DNA of 64,000 nucleotides from Klebsormidium nitens (GCA_000708835.1 DF236950.1:225355-289354); one strand, 5' to 3'; counted from the first letter of the stretch, positions 13,062-25,613 are shown. The notes: generated by a model from the letters alone, not told the origin. Numbers and translations: made by a program.

Positions 13062-13639
13062 TGTGTTAGCTAGCCTAACCTTTGTAGATAAACCTAACTC
13101 GAATTGTATTTGCAAGTGCTGTACGCCATTCCAGTGGCATGGATGCCAATGCAGCCATGTTTGACATGATGTAATGTTTCACTTGCTCGCGTACAGTGAT
13201 AAAAGTGCTGGCACTGAGGACACCCAACAATTCTTCTTCTACATTCAAATTATGTCACGTTCACCGGCCCAGGCGGCTGTACATGCGGATCCACTCACGC
13301 TGCACAGTGGGATATGTTCTTGCAGACCCTTGCATGAGTACAACGAAGCCGCCAACGGTCATGCAAACTCCATCTGCGCTTGAAGATAAGGAGCTATCTA
13401 GTAGCCAGATAAGGACGCGGTTGCACAAAGTGGATGCCAGTGTAGCCTATGCAACAAACGAACCGAAGCGAGTCAAAAGCCCACCACCACAACCTAGGTT
13501 AGACATATAAAGTTTTCAATGTCGATATCGTGTAGGGTCCTGATTAAGTTGACCTTGGTCTTATCTCGTACACGTTTATAACTCGAAGAGGACGAAGACC
13601 ACTAGACTTACGCTTGCACCTATACTCAACAAAGAGCGG

Positions 13640-16600
13640 TCACCTCCACGGTTCCAAAACTCCTCGGACATCCCCACCTTCACCCGCTGTGCTCCCGTAA
13701 TCGTCACGTCTTTGGAACGTAAGCAACGGATCGAAAGTGAGGAACTTGATCCGGGGGATCCTCCACCAGATGGCGTCGATAGGATCATCAACGAAGAACT
13801 TTTTAACAAGTTTTCTAGCTCCGGGGAGCGATATGATGTAACTGCAGACGATAAAGCGAAGGCGTTTGAAGTCCCTTCCTTTCAGAATGTTTCAAAATGA
13901 GCTCTGATAAATCAGAGCGATGATCACGGCACGTTCTTTCAGAGCGCGACTGGCGAGGCACATCAAAATACCTGTCGTACTTTGTCGCGTGAGACGGATT
14001 CCGTAGGTCAACATGCAGCCAGGATTGCACAACCCCAAAGACTGCTTCTGACACGGACACAGGCCACATCTTGAAGCCGCCGCATACCTCCTACAAGAGC
14101 CTAAAAGCCAAGCTCTTGGATTGATTAGCGACCTTGCCAGTGCGAGCAGTGCTTTTAAGATGCCCTTACACAAGCACCGCCTCGACAGGTTGCAAGAAGG
14201 ATTACACAACGACGCCACTCCTGAGAAATAGAGTCAGCTGCGAAAATGCAACTCGCAACAGACAGTGAAGCAGATTCGTGAAAACGTCGGGCATTCGTCC
14301 CCGTGCCAGTGTATTACCAAGCTCAGGGCCAAAACCCCTCAAGTAAGTAGTGTGCGACGTATTGAGCCACGTGCACCGTTCGGCTCAAACCAGCAAACGC
14401 TGAGCAACTAGGATGGCCGACTAACACAAACTTCCTCAGCAGCATGGCGAGCACCCGTTCTGAGCAAGAGACCCACCTAAGCGTCGTCCTAATCACGTCG
14501 GGGCAAACCCTGCGCGACTAGCATGGCGGGCAGAACATAACTTCTCCAGCAGCGTAAAGAGCACCCATTCCGCTCTGGAATCACATGTGCGTTGATCCAC
14601 TCTGTCGGGGCAAACCATGAGCAACTCCAGTGGCCGACAATCACCACACACCTGCGGCAATTTGGAGAGTTGAAACCCACCTGTGCGTCGTCCAGCTCAT
14701 GCCGGCGAACTTGACGTGCGGCGTGTAGAGCGGCCGCTCGAACCACGGCTGCACGATCGGCTCGCGGCCCACGAAGCAGACGTCGAAGCGCGACATCTCG
14801 TGGCCGGACGCGACGAACTCGCGCAGCTCCTTGACGTTGCGCTCGTAGTCGCCGCTGAACGACGGGACGAAGTCGATGTCGTCCTCAAGGACGAGCGCGT
14901 ACGGCACGTTCTTCACCACGATGTCGCTCCAGATCCTGGGGCGGAGAATAGCTAGGAGTGAATAAACGGCAGGCGTACTTGACGAGTGGGGGAAAAATGA
15001 GAAACGATATGAGCGGGGCACAAGAGAGTGGTGGAGTGGGCGAATGCGAAGACAGTTATGAGACACAACGGGAACGTTCTTTATCATGGTGTCGCTTCCA
15101 GATCCTGGGGAGGGGGATGAGCAAAATCTGTGAGCTGATAGAATCATCTGTCTAGTCAGGAATGAGAGACGATCGGGGGGCACAAGAGAATGTTGGAGGG
15201 GGCAAATACGGATTGACTTATGAGAAACAGCGAGGACGTTCTTCACCACGATGTCGCTCCAGATCCTGGGGCAGGGGGGTGGCAGTAAGAGAGAAATGAT
15301 GGGGATAAGGAAATTAGGGAGGAATGAGAGACAATGCGAGCGGGGGCGCAAGAGTGCGAATGCGAAGCGAGGTAAGAAACACAACCAGGACGCTCTTTGC
15401 CACGATGCCGCTCCAGATCCTGGAGTGGGTTCGGCGAAGCATGAGCGAGTGGTGAGGGGTAAATGAATACGATGAGGATAAATCTCCGGGGAAGACAAAG
15501 GGAGCGAGGGCACAGACAAAAATGGCGAGGACCAACGCAAAGTGACTTGGGAAATACAACGATGACGTTCTTCACCACGTCGCTCCAGATCCTGAGGCGG
15601 GGAGATGGCACGCAGTGAGCAAAATGGGGAGGCAAGATTTATCACTGAGGATTGAGAGACGGTATGAGCAAGGGCAGAAGAGGGCAGCAGAGGTGGAGAG
15701 GGCGAGTGCGAGGCGGGTTGTGAGGCACAATGAGGACGTCTTTCGCCACGATGTCGCTCCAGATCCTGAGCCGCAGGGAGTGCGCGGGAACTCAGTGAGG
15801 GGGAGGGAAAAGTAAGTAGCGAGCAAGCAGTGAGTGGGCCACAGATCAGGGAGAGGCACGCGAGGCTCTGGCCTGCTTGGAAACAGTAATCGTGCAAAGC
15901 ACAGAAACAGTGGGGATTGGATGCGAGCGGATTCGGCGAGGCAAGCGGACAAAAGAAAGGAGACAGTTGTGCGGGGCACAGTGTCCGCCTGATCTGTCTA
16001 CGAAGCATTGTCAGAGGCTTCGTGCGGCAGCATGCTGGCACGGCGAGGGAGAAGCGGCAGTATTGGCCACTATATCGACTACGAGCATTTGAGGGTTGAC
16101 GTTTCCTAGGTTAACAATTTGGCCCAGGAGACGAAAGAATCAGGACACTGAGCTTGCCCTCGATATTGGATCTGATTCAAAAACTCACACCTCTTGAGGA
16201 ACGAGAGCTTTTGGAAGTGAAATCTTCCAGGAACAGAACTATGACTTCGAGCACCGCCTGTTAACATCTAGAGGGCCAATTCGGAGGTATCTGCTGCTTG
16301 AGAGGCAAGGGGAAAAGACTAAGGAGACGTCGAAACGTCTTGTCCACTAGAGGCAAAATTGAAGGCAGCAGTCCCAAGGACCTTGCCAGCTTGAGGACTT
16401 ACAGAAGCAGGCAATCGCACAAGAAAGGCAGGTGACCAAGATGCTTTCATATGAGCCTTGCGGAGGTCAAAACTCGATCCGAAAAACACCGGGAAACATA
16501 GGGGCTTTGTTGGGCACCTTCCAAACGATCCCCAAAACCAGTCGTAGAAGTCTGCCCAATACACAACCACATACGCAGAGAGTCAAACAAGCTGAAGGAA

Positions 16601-18240
16601 TGTTCGAGCAGCAGGATTCAGCATCCCAAATCTCGGTGACAAAACCCAAAGAAGAACCTCAATCAGGAAGCAGCAGGTGCCCCTCACATGTAGTGCGACA
16701 GCGCGCAACCGATGTCCCCCTTGGACAGAAACTTGGCGGCCGCGTTCCAGCCCGCGCGCGTCACCGACACCTTGTCCTTGGCGATCAGATGATCGAACGT
16801 CGCCAAATCCGTGCTCCCCATATCCACCGCACGTGCGCGCTGCACCTTCCCAAACCCGTGCTCCGCCAACCGTTTTTTCAGATCGTCCATCCGCCTCGTT
16901 TCCCGGTCCATGTTCATCACATACACCGGCCACTCTTCCAGCTCGATCGGCACCGGGGGCCACGGCGCCCGCTGCCGGCGCCGCTGCTTGACCCACCCCC
17001 GGATCTTCCCCTCGAGGCACTCCCACGCGGTCCCCCCGCACTCGCCCTCTTTCGTCAGGTGCAGCGTCGCGGCGTAAGCTTGCAAGCCGCGCGTGCTCTG
17101 GCTCGGCGACTCGCTCGGCTCCGGCATCCGCCGGCAGGGGGGGTCGTCGCACTTGTACATGGTCGTTTCCACGGCGGTGGGGTTGAGCGCCAGCCAGTAT
17201 AGCTGGTGCACTTGCCACATCGCTTCGTTCAGGGGGTCGTCCAGCCTCACGTTCTCCAGCAGCCGGAACGCCCCCGCGAGGGTGAGGAGGTACGCGTGCG
17301 CGCCGGCCGACGAGCGCGCCTCGATGACGTTGGCCGTCAGCTTGGCCTCGGTGTGCGTGTAGTGGTCGCGCCCGAGCATGCACACGTCGAAGAAGTAGCC
17401 CGTGTGCTCGACGCGCAGCAGGTTCAGCTGCTTGAGGGACCGCTCGAGGTCCTCCTTGAAGCTGTCCTTTAATACCGCGTCCTCTTCCAGCACAATTGTG
17501 TACCGTAGCTGGTGCGCGACGACATGGGCCCACAGCTCCAGATGCGCCAGCAGCTCATCGACCTCGTTCGGTTTCATCGCCGACCCCCGGCTCACGCTCA
17601 CCCTGTCCTCCGGTAGGATTGACTGGTACTTCCCCAGGTCGATCTTGGTGGAGTCAGGAGCTAACACCAGGGTGTACTTCATGCCCACAGAATGCAGCTT
17701 GGCGTCAATCTCCCGCAGCTGCTTCATGTCCCGAGTTATGCTAACCACGAACACGTGGGCCGGCGTCCACTTGTCAGTGGCAACCGGGAGATCCGTTACA
17801 ATGTCCCCTGGGTCCAGCGCCAGATTGCTCATCTGCAACGAGACCTTCCCCCGGGGCACCTGCTCCACCGGCCCCCCCTCAAAAAACTCCTTCAAGTCCT
17901 CCCCCTCAGTCTCAGAGGGGAAGAGCGCCCCCGCTTTCAGCACGTCCCCCTCGGACTGCCCCCCCAACTTGCCCGCAAGCTGCTCCATCACGCCGTTCTC
18001 TATCGAACCCAACATCTTGCCTAACCCGCCTCTCTGAGTCACCTCCTCCTGTTCTACAGAAGCCTCTTCGACCAGGTCTTCTAGGCTCACTCTCTCTGGT
18101 TCTGCGCTGGACGGAGAATAGAGCTGCATCCGGATGTTGGTTGGCAGAGCCACCAGCAAGGTGAACACGATGACCGGCAAGAAGACCAGGTATGTCCTCT
18201 TCCTGAGGAACACATTCCGCCGGCCGGGTTGGGGGGCCAT
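13640..18240 (-). CDS. Type II membrane glycosyltransferase with two tandem GT25 domains
   Basis: Exons 18240-16688, 14935-14681 and 13841-13640 join in frame (ALSHYM|IWSDIV; WTTHS|YIISLPGARKL). There is an N-terminal TM anchor (YLVFLPVIVFTLLVAL). Domain 1 has LAHLELW...IVLEEDA...HAYLLTLAGA. Domain 2 has VYVMNMDR...GDIGCALSH...LVLEDD...SYIISLPGA. Confidence 0.85.
14350..14700 (-). repeat. Degenerate tandem array (~95-125 nt unit) of the GT25 exon-2 donor junction
   Basis: The true donor is GGACGACGCACAG|GTGGGT (14681). Copies follow at ~14588 (GGATCAACGCACAT|GTGATT), ~14477 (GGACGACGCTTAG|GTGGGT) and ~14351 (remnant). Interior blocks GTCGGCCA..AGTTGCTCA and GGTTTGCCCCGAC are shared. Confidence 0.75.
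14900..15790 (-). repeat. Tandem array of six ~150-175 nt units, each the GT25 intron-1 3' end + AG + first ~33 nt of exon 2
   Basis: CAG|GATCTGGAGCGACATCGTGGTGAAGAACGT or a close variant occurs at ~15765, ~15590, ~15417, ~15265, ~15103 and 14935 (functional). Each is preceded by a pyrimidine-rich tract. Confidence 0.95.
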
Positions 18241-18984
18241 CGTGATTGTTCAAGCGTGTACTCCCTTTAGCTGCACATCAAGCACCTCCTCAAGGCAATT
18301 CCGCTCTGTGGTGGCAAGGCGGCGCCCCATAGACTTCCTGCCTACAATCTGCCTGGCATCAGCAACAAGAATGGGAAAAGGTGCATAGGGTGCTGTCAGA
18401 AACTCTCATTGATGCCTTTTGGCAACGCAATCTGGTGTATCAGGCTTCAGGAGAGAAGTGCTTTTGGCGCCCAAGACCTCGCCAGAAATGGTAGAATTGT
18501 GTTTGCTCACGTGCACACCCCAGTGCTATGGACTGCTTTCAACTCAAAAGTTTATGAAAAGTCGATGCTGCTTGTTTAGAAATTAGCACTGCACAACCAA
18601 CATAATACGAGCTTACATATGCGACATACGCCGAAGCGGAAGGGACTACCGAGATACTGTATTAAGTCCAGCCAGTCTCAACTAGGCGCCATGAACAATC
18701 CATGGCTCGCCCGGGAGATATGTCCGCCCGGGCCTTCTTCAATGTTATACGGATCCGCCACTGAGCATACGAGCTTTATGTAGGATACACCAGATAGGAG
18801 CTCTCAGCTGGACCTACCTGTAGCTGAAATTTGTTGGCACCTAGCTGGCAATGCAACTTGGTGCCAAGCCTTTTTCAGTTTTGTCTTCAATCTTCATGCT
18901 GGCAGTGGAGTTGCGGTGATCAACAGCTTCCTATATTGCTGGATAAAATCAGTGGGTCTGTGTCAATTGTCCGTAAGCTCAAAG

Positions 18985-20951
18985 ATGAGCCTTTCTCTGG
19001 TTGCTGATTACGCCTCAGATGACGAGGATGCGGGGCAGAACGGCGCCCTTTCTGAAGATAGCGCCGATGAGGCTGAGCGGGAGGAGCAAGAGCGCATAGC
19101 TGCAGAAAGAGATGCGCAGGAGAGAAGGGCTCGAGCACGAGCGGCTGTGGAAGCTCAAAGGGCCTTGCAATCAGCCCTGCCCCCACCCGACAGCTTATTT
19201 TCAGAAGTAAGTGGTTCATGAGTTCGTTCAATCATTGGCTGTGGCTTCTTAGATGAAGCGCCCCTGTATTGTTGCACTTTGCTGTGGACCACTCTTTAAA
19301 GGAAGTTTCTGCATAAATTGTAGCAAAGTTGGTGACACCAACTTGATGGTAAGTTGTTCTGGATCAGACAAAGACACACTTTCTGTGTTAAGCACCGCAT
19401 TGAATCACTATCTGTAAGACGGAGTGCATTCCAATCGCATTAAAGTCTGCTTGTACAGGTGGGTTTCAAGGAGTTTCAGAAATTCCTAGTCAGGTTGCCC
19501 GATCAAATTGGTGGTGCTGCTCCAAAGATTTGTGCAGAAGCCATTCCAGGTGGCTGCAACCTCCTCAGCAGCTTTTTCTCCACCGGGCAGATTGGTCGGG
19601 GGCCAAACTTATGCTTTCTCCCAAGTTCCTGGAGAATCCAATGGTCGTCAACCCCTTGAGAACTGCTTCTACAATACCAGCAAAGGCTTACAGGCAGGTA
19701 CTCAAGGAAACAATGGGGTACAAAGTGACACCCCACCCTCTTGTAGATCAAGGGCCCTCCTGCCTTCCTGCGGCCAGACGCCATCAAGCCTGTTCACGAG
19801 CAAGCTGTTGGAGCCTGGGCAGATCGGCCCGCTTTTGAAGCGGAAGACGATGATGAGGCTCCCGGTGGGCCAGTGCCGGCTGCGGACGGAGGAGCGGATA
19901 GAAAGCCCAAATCGGGGGGAGCGCCAACAGGTGTGCCAAAAGCTGGCGTGTTGAGATGATTCGATAAACGTCGCAAGATGAAGTGTGGGTTGCTGGTGGA
20001 TACTGCGGTAAACCGTTTCTTACTTTGATACTGGATCTGGTGACACAGAGCTTGCGGTGTAGATCGAGAAGGACTCAAAAGAATGAATGGTAAATCTCAG
20101 CCTGTCATCTTGGACCACAAAGAGCACGAAAGACCACTGAACAATTTCGAAGGATGAAGAATCATGAGTCTGAATTTTCGTACAGGTGCGGTCATTTCTG
20201 GGGCGCCAGTACTGATAAGAGATCAAGAGGTGGAGCATCCGCGGCCGTCTACTGAACCTCTGGGAGCTCAAGATGCTCGGAACCCAGGCGTCACGATGCC
20301 TAACCGTGAAGAAGCAGCTGCGCTGCTCAGGTACGGTTTAGGGATCCCTGATCTAATCACCAATTGCATTGCTTCAAACTCGATGAAGAGAGACTGAACG
20401 AGCTTTCCCCTCTGTTACAATTATTGTCCATGGTTAGTCAGTTCGCCAGGAGTCAACGCGTTGTGACCAGCGTTCTGTGGCGTCAACTTTCCCAACTCCT
20501 GGATACGTCATCTGATTTGGCATGTTAGTCGTTGCTTAGTCGATGCCTTGTCTTGGCCTTGATCAAGACTGGGGACGGGGGTTTAACAGGAGGTTGATGG
20601 CTTTTTGCGTGTCTTATGAGGCCTACACTTTCGACTCTTGTTTTCGCTTTCGTTTGTAAAATGTATGCTGCAGCTTGATGAAGTGTCTATGAAGATAGTT
20701 GATGTCCGGTTGCTTCGTTGCTTGGCAGTGCTTGCGAAAAGTGTGGCATCCCGAAGACATTTTCGACAGCTCTCGGGGGCCTGGTCTGTCCTCAATGCAA
20801 AGGCCGAGCGCCCGGGCCGCCTCGGCAAGAAACAGGGAAGCGCAAGGGGTTTGTTAAGGACAAGGAGAAGGAGAAACGGATGAAGGGCCAGTCGGTGCAT
20901 GCGTCCTGGAAGAGCGAGGGCGAAATGCTTCTAAGACAGCAGTTCGATTAA
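18985..20951 (+). CDS. Conserved uncharacterised protein (C1orf52/DUF4660-like LPxPDxLF motif, CxxC...CxxC Zn ribbon)
   Basis: Four exons: MSLSLVADYASDDE...ALPPPDSLFSE | IKGPPAFL...GGAPT | GAVISGAP...AAALLS | ACEKCGIP...VCPQC...KEKRMKGQSVHASWKSEGEMLLRQQFD*. The C-terminus matches a conserved plant family from memory. Confidence 0.75.
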
Positions 20952-21558
20952 GATTGGTTAATATGGCAGACGGTCAGTCCGTGGCTTACAAACGTCTGCT
21001 CACTCTGCTCTCTTAGCCACTGAGTCGAGGCTCTAAGAACAGGGCCTTTTGCTGCCCAACGCATGTGTGTAATATCAATCATCCGGATGGTTCGCAAGAG
21101 TGGCGGCTTGTAAATACGAAATAGTCACTGTCGGATGGCATTGCTTACATTTGCAGGGCGCGTAGAGATGCATACGCCGCGCGGACGTATGTAGTGACAC
21201 AATGGCTGCTGCCATCATTGAACAGGCTCGAGCATGCTCCATACGGCATGTGTCGGGACAGCTAGCTCTAGCAGGCTCGGATCGAGCCGCATGCAGGCAG
21301 CCGCCCTGCACATGTGAGGACGCGCCCTCATAGATTGAAATGCGACATAGCATGAGCGGGTAGAGGCCCAATATAGTCGCCGGGATGACCTTGCTGCAGT
21401 TCAGAGCTCCCCTATCAGATAGCTGACTAGATATGAAGGATCAGCGTTGCACTTTGGCATCAAAGGGTGGAATTAAGGTTGGCCCGGCCGCGCCCGGCGG
21501 GTCACAGTCGCATGCCTTAAATCGATCAATCAGCAATTAATTGACACTACAGAATTGC

Positions 21559-24500
21559 TTACATCCCTGCTCTAAGATTCTCTATATTCCTCCACAGCGT
21601 GGGCTCCCCCATGCATATGGGCTGCCCCTTCTCGGGTTTGGGTTCTTGTCTCAAATCCACGTAGTACGTGGTGTTCCTCTTCATAGACCGTCCTACCGAG
21701 GAAACCGACAAACCGGAATCCGTGATGACGAAGAAGTCGTTTAACGAGTATAACCACCATTCTACGAAAGTCGTTTCTAGGGCTTTGACTGGAAGCGGGT
21801 TCAGACAGTCCCACTCATAGCTACAGGTGTCGGTCGCTCGTTGGATGTAAGCGTTTGTCGGCTTCGCATCTAGGAGGTAGATTTGCCGGTCGCGCCCGAA
21901 CATCTCCTGAGCATTCTGCCGCAGGGAATCCGAGTCCGATGCAACATACCAGATGATCTTCCGCTTGCCTATCAACTCCGCGTACTGCAACTCGATGTCC
22001 TGCACAACAAGGATTCAGCATGGTCACGCGGGTTGGAGTAGCAGGTCTCGGAACAGTTCCACAAACTATCCGACAACATAGCATTATCAGGAGCTAAAAC
22101 GACGGTCCCGCTCGCGACCGCGTCCAAGACACGGCTGATGTGGGTCTGAAAGATCAAAACAGCGGACGTGAAGCACCTGCATTTCGGAAATACTTTGTGG
22201 TCCAGAAAGCCGGAGAGAACAATCCCTGAGCGCGCTGATGCCTCAACTATTGTCATGCAAGACCCCGTTTCGGTAATTGTACGACAAGAGGTCAAAGACT
22301 TGACGAACGAAGGTTTAGGTGCACGTCGAATAGCAAACGCTCGCAGCTTTCAGTCGCTTCATTTGATTACCCAGTACCGCCTACCTAGCATCCCTGGCAC
22401 CCTCTCATTTCCGGAATCAAGCTCGCTTAGCGCTGCAAATTGTGCACAGAAAGTCGTTCACGGGCGCTCTTGCTCACCTTGGCGCACTGGAACGGCGTCC
22501 AGTAGTCAGCTACGGACTTGGCGCCGTCCCCGCCCTTCATGGCGCTGTCCGTATAATCAGTCCGGACATGGATCCCGATGCTGAAGACACCCGGGTCCAG
22601 CAGCATTTTCGCGATCGGCAGCATGACCGCCGCCACCGCAGGAATCGGCCTGGCAAAAGGAACGACGGAATGGGATAGGGGAGTGAGAGCTGGCACTCTT
22701 TCGCTAACTTCGTCCTACTTTCTTACGCTGACTCCAAGATGTCTACAAGTCGTCCATCCACCGAACAATCAGCTTGAATTTGGACACTGCACAGCTGTCC
22801 ACCTCTGCTTCCATCACCGACACCACATGCTCCAAGGAGAGGAACCTTCGATGCAGGATCGATCCCGCAGCATAACCTCAATTTCCGAACCCTCAGGCAG
22901 TGGATAGAGGCAGCATTTCGCTCAAGCTCGACAAGCGTTCAACGGCACAGAAAACCAGCTCTTACCTGAACAAAAAGTTGAGGGCGCAGCCATAAAGGTT
23001 CTCCCGGTCCAGACCCGCAGCAAGCATGCGGTCCCTGACCAACGGCTCGTCCCACCACAGGTTGAGCACGCCCTTGTTCGTGTCCAGCAACTCAATGCGA
23101 TGCCGCAGGGGCCCCGCGTTGAAGTCCCCCGTCCGTTTCACCTCGTCGTCCAACCAAAAGCGAGCTGAAAAAGCAGGGGGATTCAGAGAGTCAACTTCGT
23201 TTCACCTCTCGTCTGATCAAAAGAGAGCTGAAGAAAGTCAAAGAAAAGTTCCCTCTCCCGATCGCTTCACCTCGTCGTCCAGCCAAAAGCGAGCTGAGAA
23301 GCACAGCAGATTCAAAATCTCTCGTTCGCTTCACTTTTTCGTGCAATTGAAAGCGAGCTGAAAAGCAGAACACAATTAAGGATTTCCCGTTCGCTTCAAC
23401 TTGTCGACCCGCCAAACGCGAGCTGAGAAGCAGAACAGATTGATTCTAGAGTTTGATTCACCTGCAGAAACCAAGTAATCAAACAACGAGCAATATGGAA
23501 CCCAGTGATGTGGCGAAAACGCGAATGTGCTCTCAAAGGGAGACTTCGACATTACGGTGAGTGGTCAAAGGGTCTTCAAGGCAATGTCAAAGAGACGCTC
23601 CATATAGCAAGCGGGCCAAATGAGTTGAGTTTGTTTCTCTGAGCAGAACTCTTCCAAATGATTAATGAGCCCCCTGAGCCTATAAGAGTTAACCAAGGGC
23701 ATCGCAGCCTTCCTAGACACTTCAGAAGCAAGTCAGCTTGGATTAGAATCAAGATATTTGAGCGTAAGCCTAGCAGCTCTTACTAGTCGGATAGGACACC
23801 AAACGCCCGTGAAACTTTCAATGGGCTCGCTAAGTCGCTGTTAGCTGCCAGCGAACAAACGACCGCCAAAGAACTCATTCTCAGGTTGTTTCTCCAGATT
23901 GGCAGCTCAGGGTCTGAGTCGGTAGCAGCACCCGCTTCGCATTGTCTCAAGGTACGACTCACATTTTAACAGCCTAAGAGACACTCTCCTCAACAGCAGA
24001 TCCAATCAACATCCTTGGAGGCCATTCATCTGCAAGGAGGTTGAGATCATGCAGCTGACTAGATCCCAGGTGAGTCGTGACGATATCAATGACATCAGCC
24101 TCACCTGCATCATTCCTTGATGGCACCTGCACGCACGACGACTGCGCCTTCCCGTCGCGGCTTTCCGCAGTTCCTCCCTGCTCCTTATCCGGCGTAAGGT
24201 CTAGGTACTCTTCCGGGCCCGTGTAGCTCGTGTTTATGTACGGGTTCTCAAACACAAATTGGGCTTTCGTCCAGTATACCTGGAACACCCGCCCGCTCAG
24301 CATTGCAAACACGAGGCTCGAAACCTGGCTCGAAACCGTGTCTCCCAGCCCCCCCCCATCCCCCAAAACGCCCCTCCCTTTCTTGACCACCGCTAGCCGG
24401 GGCGCAGGCCACCCCCCCGCTCCATTATAATCCAAAACCCTTCGGTGGTAGTCAGCATAAGCTTGCCACCAATGAGAGCACTCCAGCTCAGCGACCTCTT

Positions 24501-24813
24501 CCGGGAGCTGCTTCCGGGGCCGCTTTCTGAACGCCTTCCGCAGCCCCGTCGCAAGCGGGCTGTCTTCAACGCGAGAAAAGTCGTCGAGCCCGCCCGACGA
24601 GCACGATTGGGTGAATTCAAGGGAGGCGGAGGGGGCGGTGGAGAATGCCCAGAGAAAGCGGATGCGGAAGTCGCCGGCCGGGGTGTATCCTGGCTCGACT
24701 CGGATGATTCTGGAGAGCAGGAGAGATGTGAATGCGAGGACAGCAATGGGGATGGTAACGCGGCGGGAGGGAAAGTGCTGGGGGCAAAAAGTAGGTTTGA
24801 GGGGGTGCCCCAT
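21559..24813 (-). CDS. GT37-like (alpha-1,2) fucosyltransferase, type II membrane protein
   Basis: Exons ~24813-24105, 23164-~22966, ~22669-22476 and ~21999-21559. There is an N-terminal TM segment. Motifs GLGDTVSSQVSSLVFAMLSGR, IGIHVRT, WYVASDS and EWWLYSLNDFFVITDSG correspond to the GDP-fucose-binding motifs of the GT37/GT11/GT23 fold. Confidence 0.82.
23135..23470 (-). repeat. Tandem array of five ~64 nt units of the fucosyltransferase exon-2 acceptor junction
   Basis: CAG|CTCGCTTTTGG.TGGACGACGAGGTGAA variants have their AG at ~23424, ~23359, ~23295, ~23229 and 23166 (functional). Spacings are 63-66 nt. Confidence 0.93.
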
Positions 24814-25613
24814 GGCGCCAGCTCTGAAAGCACAGGAGGGCGTTGAATTGGCTCAGAACCAATTCTCAAAGTCAGGAATTGCTGTCTCAAGCCTCTTGTC
24901 AGCTAAGGATCCGCCCAAAGAATCCGATGAGTTGCTCCGAAGCAGCATCGTTTGTGACAGTTTCCGCCCGTCCAGGGGCCAGATTGCAAGCGCACTCAAC
25001 GCTCAGATCCCACTTAGGTGCGCTCTGGACATCAATCGCTTCTCCCTTGCAAGCGCCCACTGGGACGCCATCATGCTGGTAAACAACGTGTGGATCTGTC
25101 GAAAAAGCTTCAAGTTTCACCCACTTCAAGTTCAACTATTCGGCACTTCCAAACCACAGGGCAATCCGTCCAGCATGGGTACGTTTGATTGTATTTGATG
25201 GGGAGGTTGAAGCTCCCCGTTCCAGAGAACGGCTGCTTGCTGTCATCGTACGTCGTTTCAAACTCAGGTCTTTCGGACCTTCAATCCTTCGATTCCGTAT
25301 TGAGCTGTTGCCCATCTTGCGACCGTCCTGCCTCACGGCAAGCTCCGCAAAAGTCGCTTAAGATTTTCTTGGACCTTACATAACGCGAAGATCTCTCAGC
25401 TGGCACCTGGACAATCTTCCTACCTATTTCCTGGACCCGTAGACGGCATTGGCTTAAAGTTGAAGGACGCTGGCCAGCTTGTTGAGGAGGAAAGGCTTAC
25501 TGCCATTGGCGCGGAGCGCAAGGAGCGTGTCTTTCACATGTCACAGATTCGTTAAGCAAGGCGGGCTGCTAGCTTCTGCTAGCTGGAAACTCCTCTGCAT
25601 CCTTTCTGGCGCC

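Noticed and set aside
13974-14092. Exon-like segment (AG...GT, open frame) inside GT25 intron 2
   Set aside because: Its 119 nt would shift the frame, and exons 2 and 3 join directly into the conserved HSYIISL motif.
14641-16041. 466-aa ORF spanning the acceptor array
   Set aside because: It is an open frame produced by pyrimidine-rich repeats. Only 14935-14681 is coding.
16432-18388. Several long antisense or alternate-frame ORFs (also within SPRTN, seipin and HPPR)
   Set aside because: These are shadow ORFs of GC-rich coding exons with no independent motifs.
23135-23470. CRISPR-like appearance (~30-nt repeat plus ~35-nt spacer)
   Set aside because: The repeat is the host exon start, the spacers are mutually similar intron ends, the context is eukaryotic, and there are no cas genes.
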